This document shows, piece after piece, positions 1 through 9,756 of a stretch of DNA of 64,000 bases. Within the stretch, counting starts at the first letter, position 1. The number at the start of each line of letters is the position of its first letter. This DNA is from Eledone cirrhosa (taxonomy: Eukaryota), in the NCBI GenBank assembly GCA_964016885.1, contig OZ024740.1, positions 271,250,001-271,314,000 of the forward strand, read 5' to 3'. Position numbers and translations under genes: made by a program. The notes under the pieces are model-generated. The model saw only the letters and a list, made by a program, of their open reading frames with translations. It was not told the DNA's origin and ran no database searches.

Positions 1-21
1 GCAATACTGGAAAGTATTGCA

Positions 22-98
22 TGTGTCTGAAGAACCTGCAACAGATCCATAAAATGATCATGTCTCGAGCTATCTGCCGGCGAAACAATTGTAACACA
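22..98 (+). ncRNA. Penelope-type minimal hammerhead ribozyme motif
   Basis: TGTGT-CTGAAGA-[stem II, CAGAT/ATCTG]-GAAA-CAATTG-TA-ACACA then AATAAA: core boxes, 5-bp stem I, palindromic stem III (ACAATTGT), GUA cleavage triplet. Confidence 0.6.
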
Positions 99-214
99 AT
101 AAACTGAGTCCAAATGCAACACTGATTTTTCGTTTTATTATATCACATTCTGCTCTGTAAGAACATAGAGTTCTCAACTGGCATACCGCCTATGGAAGCA
201 TCATAGCTACCATT

Positions 215-216
<2 letters not shown>

Positions 217-306
<90 letters not shown>

Positions 307-422
307 TTATATATTTATATTTATTTATATATTTATATATATATATTTATTTATTTATATACAAACATATGTACATATATATATATACATACATAGATAT
401 TTATACATACGTGTGTGTGCGC

Positions 423-479
<57 letters not shown>
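217..479. repeat. (CA)n/(TA)n/(TG)n compound microsatellite
   Basis: Directly visible. Confidence 0.95.
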
Positions 480-480
<1 letters not shown>

Positions 481-1201
481 CGTCACTTAATTTATATTAA
501 AGCCAAGAGTATACAAATAATTAGATAAAAAGAGAGAGAATGTTTGTCTCTTTTAACTGATGTAAGTTTAAACAATTTAAATTGACCTAATACAATTATT
601 GACAGTATTAATATCACCACCCAAATAAATGTCAGTTAACAGCGCTGTTGTATTTGTTTCGTAAGATCTTGATGTGAAGTCGTGTGTTGAAACCAATATG
701 ACTGTTTTAATGTATGTTTGTTGTTTGGAAGTGACTATGTAGCCGGTCCCGGTAAAATAGACTCCCATGTCATTTAGCCGGTAAGAGTGTCAGACACCAT
801 GAGTTTCGGCCCGAGTTAAGACAATTTGAAATCTTTTCCACCATCAATTGTGAAAAAACAAGTTAAAATCATTTTATTATAATTCTGCTTGTTGCGTCTC
901 TTTAGTGTTTACCGGTAAAATAAGCTTTGAAAGCATTTTTATTTTGCCGGGACCAGCTACGTAGCCTATTCCTTTTTTTGTTTTATTTGGTGGAGGGGAT
1001 GTCAATTATTCACTTTTTCCGCCTCAGGCAGTTAAATCCCCGATTTAATCACAGCTATAAGTCATGCGTTTTGATTTCTTTGCTCGATACAAAAACCAAT
1101 CTTACTTTGAAATTCCAATATACAGTTGTATTTTAGAAGGGTCATATAGCCAATTAAAACACACGCACCGGTTCACTTTCACTTCAGTTCACTTTCATAA
1201 G

Positions 1202-1500
1202 GGCGGTGGATTGGCAGTATCGATAGAGCATCGGACATGCTTTGTGGCATATAGTTACGGCCCTTTGCGTTCTGAGTTCAACCCACCGAGATTGGCTTTG
1301 CCTTTCATCCATAACACACTGAGATCGATTGAATCAACTTTCTCCTGCACCAAAATTGTTGGTCAGAAAACATTTTTAATCAGGCAAAACTTTGCCTTTC
1401 ATCGTTCCGGGATCGATAAAATAAAGTACCACTTAAGTACTGGGAGCCGACATAATTGACTTTCCCCTTCCCTCGAATTGCTGGCCTTATGCCAATATTA
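1202..1500 (+). mobile_element. tRNA-derived SINE (copy with internal partial duplication)
   Basis: A-box-like TGGCAGTATCGA, B-box-like GAGTTCAACCC, core CTTTGCCTTTCATC present twice, tail AATTGCTGGCCTT; same family recurs more than 15 times in the window. Confidence 0.8.
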
Positions 1501-1639
1501 AAAAGAATTGATGATGATGGCGATGACTTCGATACGAAGATACATTAAATTGAAGGCCGTGTTCACTCTGTCCTCCCAGCGTGCATTGCGTGTTTGTGTC
1601 TGGTCTGACCGATCAGAGATCGTCATATCCGCCCACAGG

Positions 1640-2062
1640 AGGTCAGCTTGAAGAAGACTGAAGACCTCTACCAACCTGCTTTCCAAGATATATACCATCC
1701 ACCAGACATGTCCGTCCATCAAGCAAACAAAGCTGAATGCTGTGTAGCAATTCTGCTATCTTCAGGGTGTTATTTCCGTCGACTCTAGAAATTATAAGGA
1801 ACTGGACATCAGACTAGCCAAAGCCTTTGGGAAACTAAAAAAGGGGGTATGGAGAAACAATAACCTCAAAACAGAGACAAAACTCAGAGTCTACAGGGCT
1901 GTAGTCCTTACCACCCTCTTATACGGCTCTGAGACATTGGTCTTGTATCGCTGTCACACCCGTCTTTTGAAGAGATTCCACAAACGCTGTCTTCGCAGCA
2001 TACTAAACATTCACTGGAAAGAACATGTCACCAACACAGAGGTCCACGAGAGAGCTAAAAAG
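1640..2062 (+). pseudogene. RTE-clade LINE relic (C-terminal RT region)
   Basis: Manual translation gives KKTEDLYQPA...ELDIRLAKAFGKLKKGVWRNNNLKTETKLRVYRAVVLTTLLYGSETLVLYRCHTRLLKRFHKRCLRSILNIHWKEHVTNTEV, typical of the RTE/BovB post-RT region; disrupted. Confidence 0.8.
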
Positions 2063-2692
2063 AATTATTAGTCAAGTAACTAGTCAATCAATCCGTTGGT
2101 TAATTATAATTAATTAATTGTCAAAATGCTTTCGTCACAACCTGTGACCTCTTTCATGACTCTTGCCATTTGTGTTTCTTCTTTGTTTACATTTACTCCA
2201 GCTTTATTCTATAATTGAGTAATGTTAAAAACAAGGACACTTTGTGTGTGCATATGTGTGTGTATCTCTGTCTGTATCAGTGTCTGTGACTGTGTCTGTG
2301 TGTATGCGCACACTTGTTTGAATGTGTATGCGTAATGTGTGTATGCGAATATACAGTGGAGTCTCACATGACTGGTTCGATGAAAACTCCATCAGAATCG
2401 GCAGGTGCCTGAATGATATGTACAAACCCTACCCCCAACAACTCCCCTTCACATACTTTAAAGTCATCATAATTTAATGGATATTTGTTTGATAATCTTT
2501 GCAGAAAATATAGAAGAAAATTATGGTAATTCATTTAAATAAATGTAAAATAATATATGGCAATGGACGGAATGGCAAGAGAAAACTCAAAGATTCAAGA
2601 ATCTTTGCATAAAATCTTGATCGTGGAATAATTAAATTAGATATTTTTTTATGATATACCACATCATTTATATATATATGCACTCTCTCTCC

Positions 2693-2731
<39 letters not shown>

Positions 2732-2844
2732 CAGTATTTTCCGTAGTGTTGTAATATAAATATTACACACAGTAGATGGACAGCTCACGTAGAGTTTGCT
2801 CGACGGTTCCAGTTGTAGTTCCAAAAGTAATCCGGAGAAAAATT

Positions 2845-3025
2845 GAAGGATTTAAATGGATACAGTTTAGTTAAAAGGAATTTATTGACACGTGTTTCTA
2901 TAACAGTTACATAACCTGAAAACAGCTGCTATCTACAAAGTATTAGTTATGCAGACATTCATGTAACTGTTATAGAAACACGTGTCAATAAATTCCTTTT
3001 AACTAAACTGTATCCATTTAAATCC

Positions 3026-3028
<3 letters not shown>
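2845..3028. repeat. Perfect 68-bp inverted repeat with 48-bp spacer (fold-back)
   Basis: 2845-2912 is the reverse complement of 2961-3028; followed by (TA)n. Confidence 0.9.
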
Positions 3029-3063
<35 letters not shown>

Positions 3064-3233
3064 TTATTTATTTATTTATTTATTTACGTACGTATAGCAC
3101 GGAGTGCATGTGTATAAACACACATGCACCGGGTTATATTTTGACGGTATTGTATTAGCTCAATGTACGAGAACAGAGCCGTTATATGTAAAAGAAACCA
3201 AAAAACGCTTACATACTCAAGTAGTTTTTATTT

Positions 3234-3278
3234 GCTGACAATGTTTCATCCATACCGTTGGGTAGGAATCATCAGAGC
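3234..3278 (-). ncRNA. Penelope-type minimal hammerhead ribozyme motif
   Basis: Minus strand GCT-CTGATGA-TTCCTAC-CCAACG-GTATGGAT-GAAA-CATT-GTC-AGC then AAATAAA; GUC triplet, 3-bp stem I, imperfect stem II base. Confidence 0.5.
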
Positions 3279-3336
3279 TTAATAAACACAGTGCTGAGTA
3301 TAAGCTCTACCAAGCTTAGTCACACGAACAATAGGA

Positions 3337-3358
3337 ATATATATATATATATATATGA

Positions 3359-3443
<85 letters not shown>

Positions 3444-3449
3444 AATATA

Positions 3450-3500
<51 letters not shown>
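3337..3500. repeat. (TA)n microsatellite
   Basis: Directly visible. Confidence 0.95.
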
Positions 3501-3503
<3 letters not shown>

Positions 3504-3688
3504 TATGTTTTGAAACAGTGAGCAGGTTTGAAATTAGAAAATAGAATAGCTTTCACCGTATTTTTGACTAAAGATATTTTAACCTGATAATGGGGTGAAA
3601 GCTATTCTAATATATATATATGTGTGTGTGTGTGTATGTGTGTGTGTATTTATGTATGTATGTATATATTATGTAAGAGAGTACGAAA

Positions 3689-3717
3689 GATAAATAGATA
3701 GATAGATAGATAGATAG

Positions 3718-3783
<66 letters not shown>
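3689..3783. repeat. (GATA)n tract at 3' end of Tx1 copy A
   Basis: Directly visible, with one GTA interruption. Confidence 0.95.
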
Positions 3784-3784
<1 letters not shown>

Positions 3785-4015
3785 ATTTCTATTTATTTGC
3801 CACGAGGGCACAAAAGAAGGGGACATTTACACAGTGGGGGAGTTTACATAAATCGAGTAAAGAAAAAAGGAATAACAATAATAATATAACAATAAAAAGT
3901 CCTCAAAAGGGAGGGGGCGTGTTGGGGATTGCACATACCCCCGAAAAGTGTGCAACTCTTTTCGCGGGGGAAGCCCAGAGAGGAGGCGCTCCCCCTTTCC
4001 TCTTCACTTCTTCAC

Positions 4016-7000
4016 CTACAGAACAATGTAGAGAGAAGGCCCATTTACACGGGCCATTCTCGCTTCTTTCACCCACCTTTCATAAAACTGTCTGGGACCA
4101 AGCACTTCTCTCTCCATCCTGATTCTTCTTCCGAAGTGGTATCGGAAGAAGTAAACCAGGTGATGGCCGGAGAGAAAGTCACCCGACCTCAGACCTTTCA
4201 GGCGCGTCCACCACACAACCTCTTTCATCATGGCTATTACGCACAGAAAGACCGCCTCTGCTTCATTTCTGAAGGGAGGAGGCGGCTTGATGTTCACCAC
4301 AGACTCGGCGGTTAATCGAATCGGCGCCACACGCGACAGCAGTCGTTCGACGTAGCCCCACAGATCGGCAACGCCCGGGCAGTGTACCAGTGCATGCGCA
4401 ACGGTTTCCTCGTCGCGCACGCATCTGGGACAGATCTTTTTCGCGGGATCCCTGCCCGGGCGCCCGTGTCTGTAGAGCTTTTCTCGAACGGGCAGAGCCC
4501 CCCGGTAACACTGCCAGGCTAGGGACCTCTGGAAGTTGTCCATGGGTCCCGGGCCGAAAGTTCTACCGAACAGGCTGGCCAGTTCGTCCTCCTCCATGCC
4601 TAGCGACTCTCCAAGGGTGTCGTCGCCCCTGCTAGCCACCAACCCTCTATAGAATGTCGAGGTGGATTCTCCACTGACAGTCGGGTCCGCTTGCCAGATA
4701 GCCGTGAGCGCCTGGGCACACTCAGTGTGCCAGTTGCCCAGTTTTCTCGGTCTTTGCTTCACCCAGGATTGCAGTTCGGTGAGCGAGACGAGCTGTGGGA
4801 AGGCTCGCCTCACAAACGGGGCCCACACCGGCTGACCGTTGAGGAATACCTGTAGATGCCGTAGCCTCAATGCGTGCCTACGCATCAACAGCCACGGCAT
4901 ACCCAGCCCTCCTTTCGAAGGGTGCTGGCAGCAGATGGATCTCCTCACCATGGGAGGCCGCTTCTTCCAGAGGAACTGGAAGAGCATGCGTTCCATGATG
5001 GTGAGCTTTTCCTTGGGGCAAGGCACGACGGTCAGGCGGTAGTAGATGACGGACGCTATGTAAGCGTTCGTCACCTCCGCCCGACCTTTCAGTGATAGTT
5101 TGCACTTGGCCCACTTCTGGGTCAGCGCAAACACCCTGCTCGTCACCTCGCCCCAATTCTTCTCCACCTGGAGGTCCGGTCCGAACCAGACCCCGAGCAG
5201 CTTCACCGGGCCCTCCGTCCACCGCCCGACGACACCGTCTAACGGCATCGGTTTGCCCCTCCACGTTCCGAGTTGCAAACCGACTGACTTGTCCTGGTTC
5301 AGCTTAGCCCCCGTCAGCCTTTCGTATTCCTCCAGTAGGGTGGCGATCGCCCCGATTTCCGAGGCGTCCGCCACCATTACTGTTACGTCGTCGGCATAGG
5401 CCGAAACCGCTTTGTGCAATCCCGGTTCCAGGGGTATGCCCCGCAGCAACTCCAACTTCCGCAGCAGTGGCTCGAGAGTCAATACGTACAGAAGGGAGGA
5501 GAGGGGGCACCCCTGTCTGATGGATCGGGTGATTTGAAACGGCTCCGAGAGGTAGCCGTTTACTTTAATCCTAGAGTAGATGTTGCCACTGTGCATGGCA
5601 GAAATCCAGCCCCTGAAAACGGGTCCGAAGCCCGCCGCCGCTAGCACCGCATCCAGGTAACCATGGTCGACCCTATCGAACGCCTTAGATTGATCCAAGT
5701 TGATCAGGGCCCCACCAAAGCCGGGTTCGTAGCCAACCCTCTCTATGATGTATCGCATGAGGTGGTGGTTGTCGTGAATGGACCTGGACGGGATAGCGCA
5801 TGTCTGCGCGTCTCCCACCAAACCACCCACCACAAGCGCCAACCTCTTCGCCAACACCTTGGCCAAAATCTGTAACTCTGCATTCAGCAGAGTTATGGGC
5901 CTAAAGTTACTTAAGTCGTCCCCCTTGCTCTCGTCCTTCCTCACTAGCGTGACCACGCCCTTGGTCACAGAACAGGGAATTCTCCCGTTCTGTTGCCAGT
6001 TGCAATAGACAGCCTCGAGGAGTTCGGAGAACAAGACCGGCATAGCTAAATAAAGTTCGTATGGTAGACCATCGAGACCCGGGGATTTGCGTCTGCTGCA
6101 TTGGCTGAGCGCTTCCCCGATTTCAGTGGCTGTGATTGGCCCTTCGCAGCACTCCGCTTCGCCGCTCGAAAGACGCGGTAGACCGTCGAGGTATGGACCG
6201 AAGTCCACATCCCCGTCCGGCCCCCCGCCACCTCCGAACAGTCGAGCAAAGTGCCTTTGAAAGGTCTCGCACATTCGCTCAGGTTCAAGGATCACCCGTC
6301 CATCCTGGTCTCGCAAAGACCGAATGGTGGATTTAATCCCACTCTTGGCTTCTGTCACGCGGGCCCAGCTAACAGCTTTGGTCCCCTCGTTTCCTAAAGC
6401 ACGTATTTTACTTCGGACAACGCAGCCTTCGTGCTTCGCGTCAAAGAACTGGCTCAATGCCGTTCTCGTCGCTAACACTCTGGCTACGTCTCCGCTCCTA
6501 ATCGCCTCTTCTAGTTTATCTGTTAACTCCCTTTCCCTCCTATTTCTATTCGCCGCTAGTTCCTTACTGTAACCTATCGAACTTACTCTAATCTCTCTCT
6601 TTAGAGATATCCACCACCTACTGTTGACGATCGCTCCCGTCAACCGCATCTTAACTAAGCTACTAATCCGGTTTCTGTAATCTTTCTTTGTCGGTAAGGA
6701 CAAGTTCATCTTCCAGTAACCGGGACCCTGTCTATGCGTTCTATCAAGGTTGACCACGCAGGTCACTAATTTGTGATCTGAATAGCCAACCATGATCAGT
6801 TCTGGACAACTAAATACGTCCCTATCCTTACTCCTAACCAAAAACCTATCTAGGTACGATCTAGATTGTCCACTGCGGTTTGCCCAGGTCCAGGTTGGCG
6901 CAGTTGGACAATCTAGTCGAAATCTATCGACCAGGTCGAATCGATCGAGTAACCCCTTGAGGCTGCTACACCCCCCTCTATCGGGACATGCCCCTGCATA

Positions 7001-7454
7001 GTCCCAACGCGCATCTAGGATTCCATTCCAGTCCCCCACTAAAAGCAGGGAACGCGACGTTCCTAGAAAAGTCTCCAGACGTTGGAAGAAGTCGGCTCTC
7101 TCCGCCCCGAAGGGAGCATAAAGACCGACCAGTCTGAAAGCCCCGCCTTCACCACCTCCGACGTCCAGCACCAGTAATCGACCCCCCGGGTCCGAGTGAA
7201 CAATCTGTACGTCGAGAGTCAGACGTTTATCCAGCAGTACGGCAACTCCCCCCCCCGCCTCCGGGTTGACAGAGAGATGCGTGCATCTCAAAGTCATCGA
7301 AGGCGGGCGCCAGCTGTCTCACGCTGCTGATCCGACTCTCGCAAACAACCATCACATCTATACTTTGTGACCTGAGGTCACTTAGAAGCTTTGCTTGCTT
7401 CCAAGCTGAGCTCAGGCCACGCTCGTTCAAACAGCCAACTCTCAATTGATCTAT
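4016..7454 (-). pseudogene. ORF2 of copy A (APE endonuclease-reverse transcriptase); +1 frameshift and ATG->ATA start
   Basis: ORF-track pieces 7227..7445 and 4016..7297 join across a 9-C run (7248-7256) where 8 would restore frame. Motifs GDWN, SYLDRF, SDHK, KSPGLDG, FRPITLLN, DQSKAFDRVDH, QGCPLS, YADD, CPRC-x7-H-x4-C. Span is 3439 nt versus 3438 in intact copies. Confidence 0.85.
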
Positions 7455-9286
7455 TTTGGTGTTGAAAGTGAAGAAAGAAAAGCACTTACCTCTCCGGGTT
7501 GCGTAATTTCCATGGCATCAGGTGTGTTGGGTGGAGGGATGTTTTGTGGTGGTGTGGGGGTACACGTGTGTGGTGGGGTTGGGGTATTTGGAGTTGTGTC
7601 AGGGAGAGGGGCGGTTATGGGGAAATCTTTCAAGAGGACGCGATTCAACGGTTTTAAACAGGGGGGGCTCACGTCCCGTCTAAATTGTTCTTTTAAGGAA
7701 CGATAAAGGTCCAGAGGGACCTTTATCATTTTTAAATGGGTGAAGTTCTCTGTTGAGATAAAGTTTGGCCCTTCGGTCTGCACCATAGGGTTATTGTTTA
7801 TTAATTTAACCAGTTTTTTGTTTTCTTTATTTATATATGTGTATTGCAACGTCTTTTTTTGTGATGCTGTCAATGTTTCGGAGAGGGGAGGCGCAGATTT
7901 ATTTTTGTTTGTTGAGGGTGGGGTGTTTTTGATTGGAGTTGGTGTTTGTGTGTGGGTTATTTGTGGTGTGCTGGGTGTGTGTTTTCTTTTTTTTCTTTTA
8001 ACTTGTCTGAAGGCTTCTCCTCCTTCTTCTTCAGAAGTTGGGGGAAACTCTTCAGCGCTAGGTGGGAGGGACGTGTTGTGTGGTTGTTTTTTTTTTGCGG
8101 GAGGGGTAGATTTGTTACTGTTTTTTTTATTATTTGTTTGGAATGGGTTTTGTGGTGGTGGTGGTGGTAATGTTTGTGTCGTGCTTGTGGTTGGTAATGG
8201 TGGTGGTGATGTTTGTGTTGTGGTTGGTGGTGGTGATTTTTGTGTCGTGCTTGTGTTTGGTGCTGGTGGTGGTGATGTTTGTGTTGTGTTTGTGGTTGGT
8301 GGTGTCTGTATTTTGTTTGCTGTGTGTGGTATTAGTGTATTTTTGGAGGTGGGTGGTGCTGGTGTACTGTTTGTGGTGGGTGTGGGCAATAGTCCTTTTT
8401 GGGGGATACGTTTCGGGCAGTTAGCCTTAACGTGTCCCCTTTCCATGCATAAATAGCATGCTGGTCTTCTCCCCTCTACAATTATGTCTATTGGGGTAAG
8501 GTCATCCAGCCAGATGCGATCCGGGATTTGTGCTATTCTTTCGGGCCTCATTTGGACTAGTATGTCGAGGCCCATTCCCAGGAACGCATCTCCAGTTGCC
8601 TTCCCCATTGACAGCATAGTGTCTTCGCCCATATCAATGAAGCCAGCAATAGCCCACCAGAAGTCCATTGTGGGCAGCATTGTTTTTACTTTTATTCTCT
8701 GTGTTCTTCTACCCATGTAGGAGGGATAGAAGCTATATGTTGTCGACGAGAGTGGGCTTAGGGAAAGCTGAACCGCCGTTTCTTTGTCTCTTGTTAGGAC
8801 CGAAATGCTGCCATAGAGTCGGTCCTTTCGTATGAAGAGAATATTCTTCATATAGTCTTTTAGGACTAACTCTATTTCCATTTGGCTGGGCTGTGCTGGC
8901 TTTCTTGACTGGTTTAGTATAGTTCTGTATATAACTGTGTTTTCTGCTCTGGCTTTCTTGAATTCTGGGGGGGAGTTAATGGAAAACATTCCGTTCTCCC
9001 CCAAAACAATATGTTTCTTTGCTTCGGCCAGTTTTTCTCTGGCGGCAGTTAGGTCAATTGGTGTGTATGTAATGGATTGCTTTGTTTTCTGGGCGAAAGT
9101 TGCCCTGTCGTTATTTGTATTATTTTCTGTTTGTTTGTTTTCTGTTTGCTCATTTTCCTTAACATTTGTTTTTTCATTTTGTTTGTTTGTTTCAATGTCT
9201 AATTTTGTTGTAATTATTTTTTGTTCTTCAGACTTGGGGGGCGTGGCAGAGCTAATGGCAGACATGTCTGCCATCTTTTCCGCCAT
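7451..9286 (-). CDS. ORF1 of copy A: gag-like nucleic-acid-binding protein
   Basis: Open from first ATG at 9286; zinc knuckle CYLCMERGHVKANC, Pro/Thr-rich linker, KRKKRK basic patch; homologous to ORF1 of copies C1/C2. Confidence 0.88.
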   Translation of the reverse strand: MAEKMADMSAISSATPPKSEEQKIITTKLDIETNKQNEKTNVKENEQTENKQTENNTNNDRATFAQKTKQSITYTPIDLTAAREKLAEAKKHIVLGENGMFSINSPPEFKKARAENTVIYRTILNQSRKPAQPSQMEIELVLKDYMKNILFIRKDRLYGSISVLTRDKETAVQLSLSPLSSTTYSFYPSYMGRRTQRIKVKTMLPTMDFWWAIAGFIDMGEDTMLSMGKATGDAFLGMGLDILVQMRPERIAQIPDRIWLDDLTPIDIIVEGRRPACYLCMERGHVKANCPKRIPQKGLLPTPTTNSTPAPPTSKNTLIPHTANKIQTPPTTNTTQTSPPPAPNTSTTQKSPPPTTTQTSPPPLPTTSTTQTLPPPPPQNPFQTNNKKNSNKSTPPAKKKQPHNTSLPPSAEEFPPTSEEEGGEAFRQVKRKKRKHTPSTPQITHTQTPTPIKNTPPSTNKNKSAPPLSETLTASQKKTLQYTYINKENKKLVKLINNNPMVQTEGPNFISTENFTHLKMIKVPLDLYRSLKEQFRRDVSPPCLKPLNRVLLKDFPITAPLPDTTPNTPTPPHTCTPTPPQNIPPPNTPDAMEITQPGEVSAFLSSLSTPK

Positions 9287-9487
9287 GCTGCCAAGAAAGA
9301 AATTTTTCGGCAAAAATAGATATTTATTTTACCCCCTAAAAAGGGGGTAAATGCAAAAATGTTTCCCTAAATAACAGGGGTTAGTGTTCCAAATGTGTTG
9401 CACTAAAAAATGTATCCGGTACTTACAATAGTAAGGGTAAATCCCGATGGAATAGCGGAGCCGATGCGAAGCGTGTCTTACTCTATC

Positions 9488-9489
<2 letters not shown>

Positions 9490-9565
<76 letters not shown>
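9490..9565. repeat. (GATA)n tract
   Basis: Directly visible. Confidence 0.95.
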
Positions 9566-9713
9566 TTCAGCGCAACATGATATAGAGAGAAGGCCCATTC
9601 ACTCGGGCCATTCTCGCCACTTTCACCCATCTTTCATAAAACTTGCTGGGGTACAGCACCTCTCTCTCCATCCTGATTCTTCTTCCAAAGTGGTATTTGA
9701 AAAAAAGAATCAG
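9566..9713 (-). mobile_element. Tx1 fragment: end of ORF2 without stop or 3'UTR (subfamily D), between GATA tracts
   Basis: Encodes LILFFKYHFGRRIRMEREVLYPSKFYERWVKVARMARVNGPSLYI; near-identical reverse complement of ~10123-10259. Confidence 0.85.
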
Positions 9714-9717
9714 ATAA

Positions 9718-9756
<39 letters not shown>

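Larger units (their letters stand above)
3784..9488 (-). mobile_element. Tx1-type non-LTR retrotransposon, full-length copy A (subfamily A), inserted in (GATA)n
   Basis: 5'UTR + ORF1 (CCHC knuckle) + ORF2 (APE endonuclease, RT, C-terminal Cys/His motif) + 3'UTR ending in AATAAA then (TATC)n; GATA tracts on both sides. Confidence 0.93.

Noticed and set aside
7248-7256. Programmed frameshift in ORF2
   Set aside because: Copies B, C1 and C2 are in frame here; an indel or sequencing error in a homopolymer is more likely.
7446-9350. Antisense ORFs over ORF1 and ORF2 (e.g. 7740-8456; likewise 19160-19915, 26744-27421)
   Set aside because: Shadow frames of C/A-rich Pro/Thr-coding sequence, with no recognisable domain.
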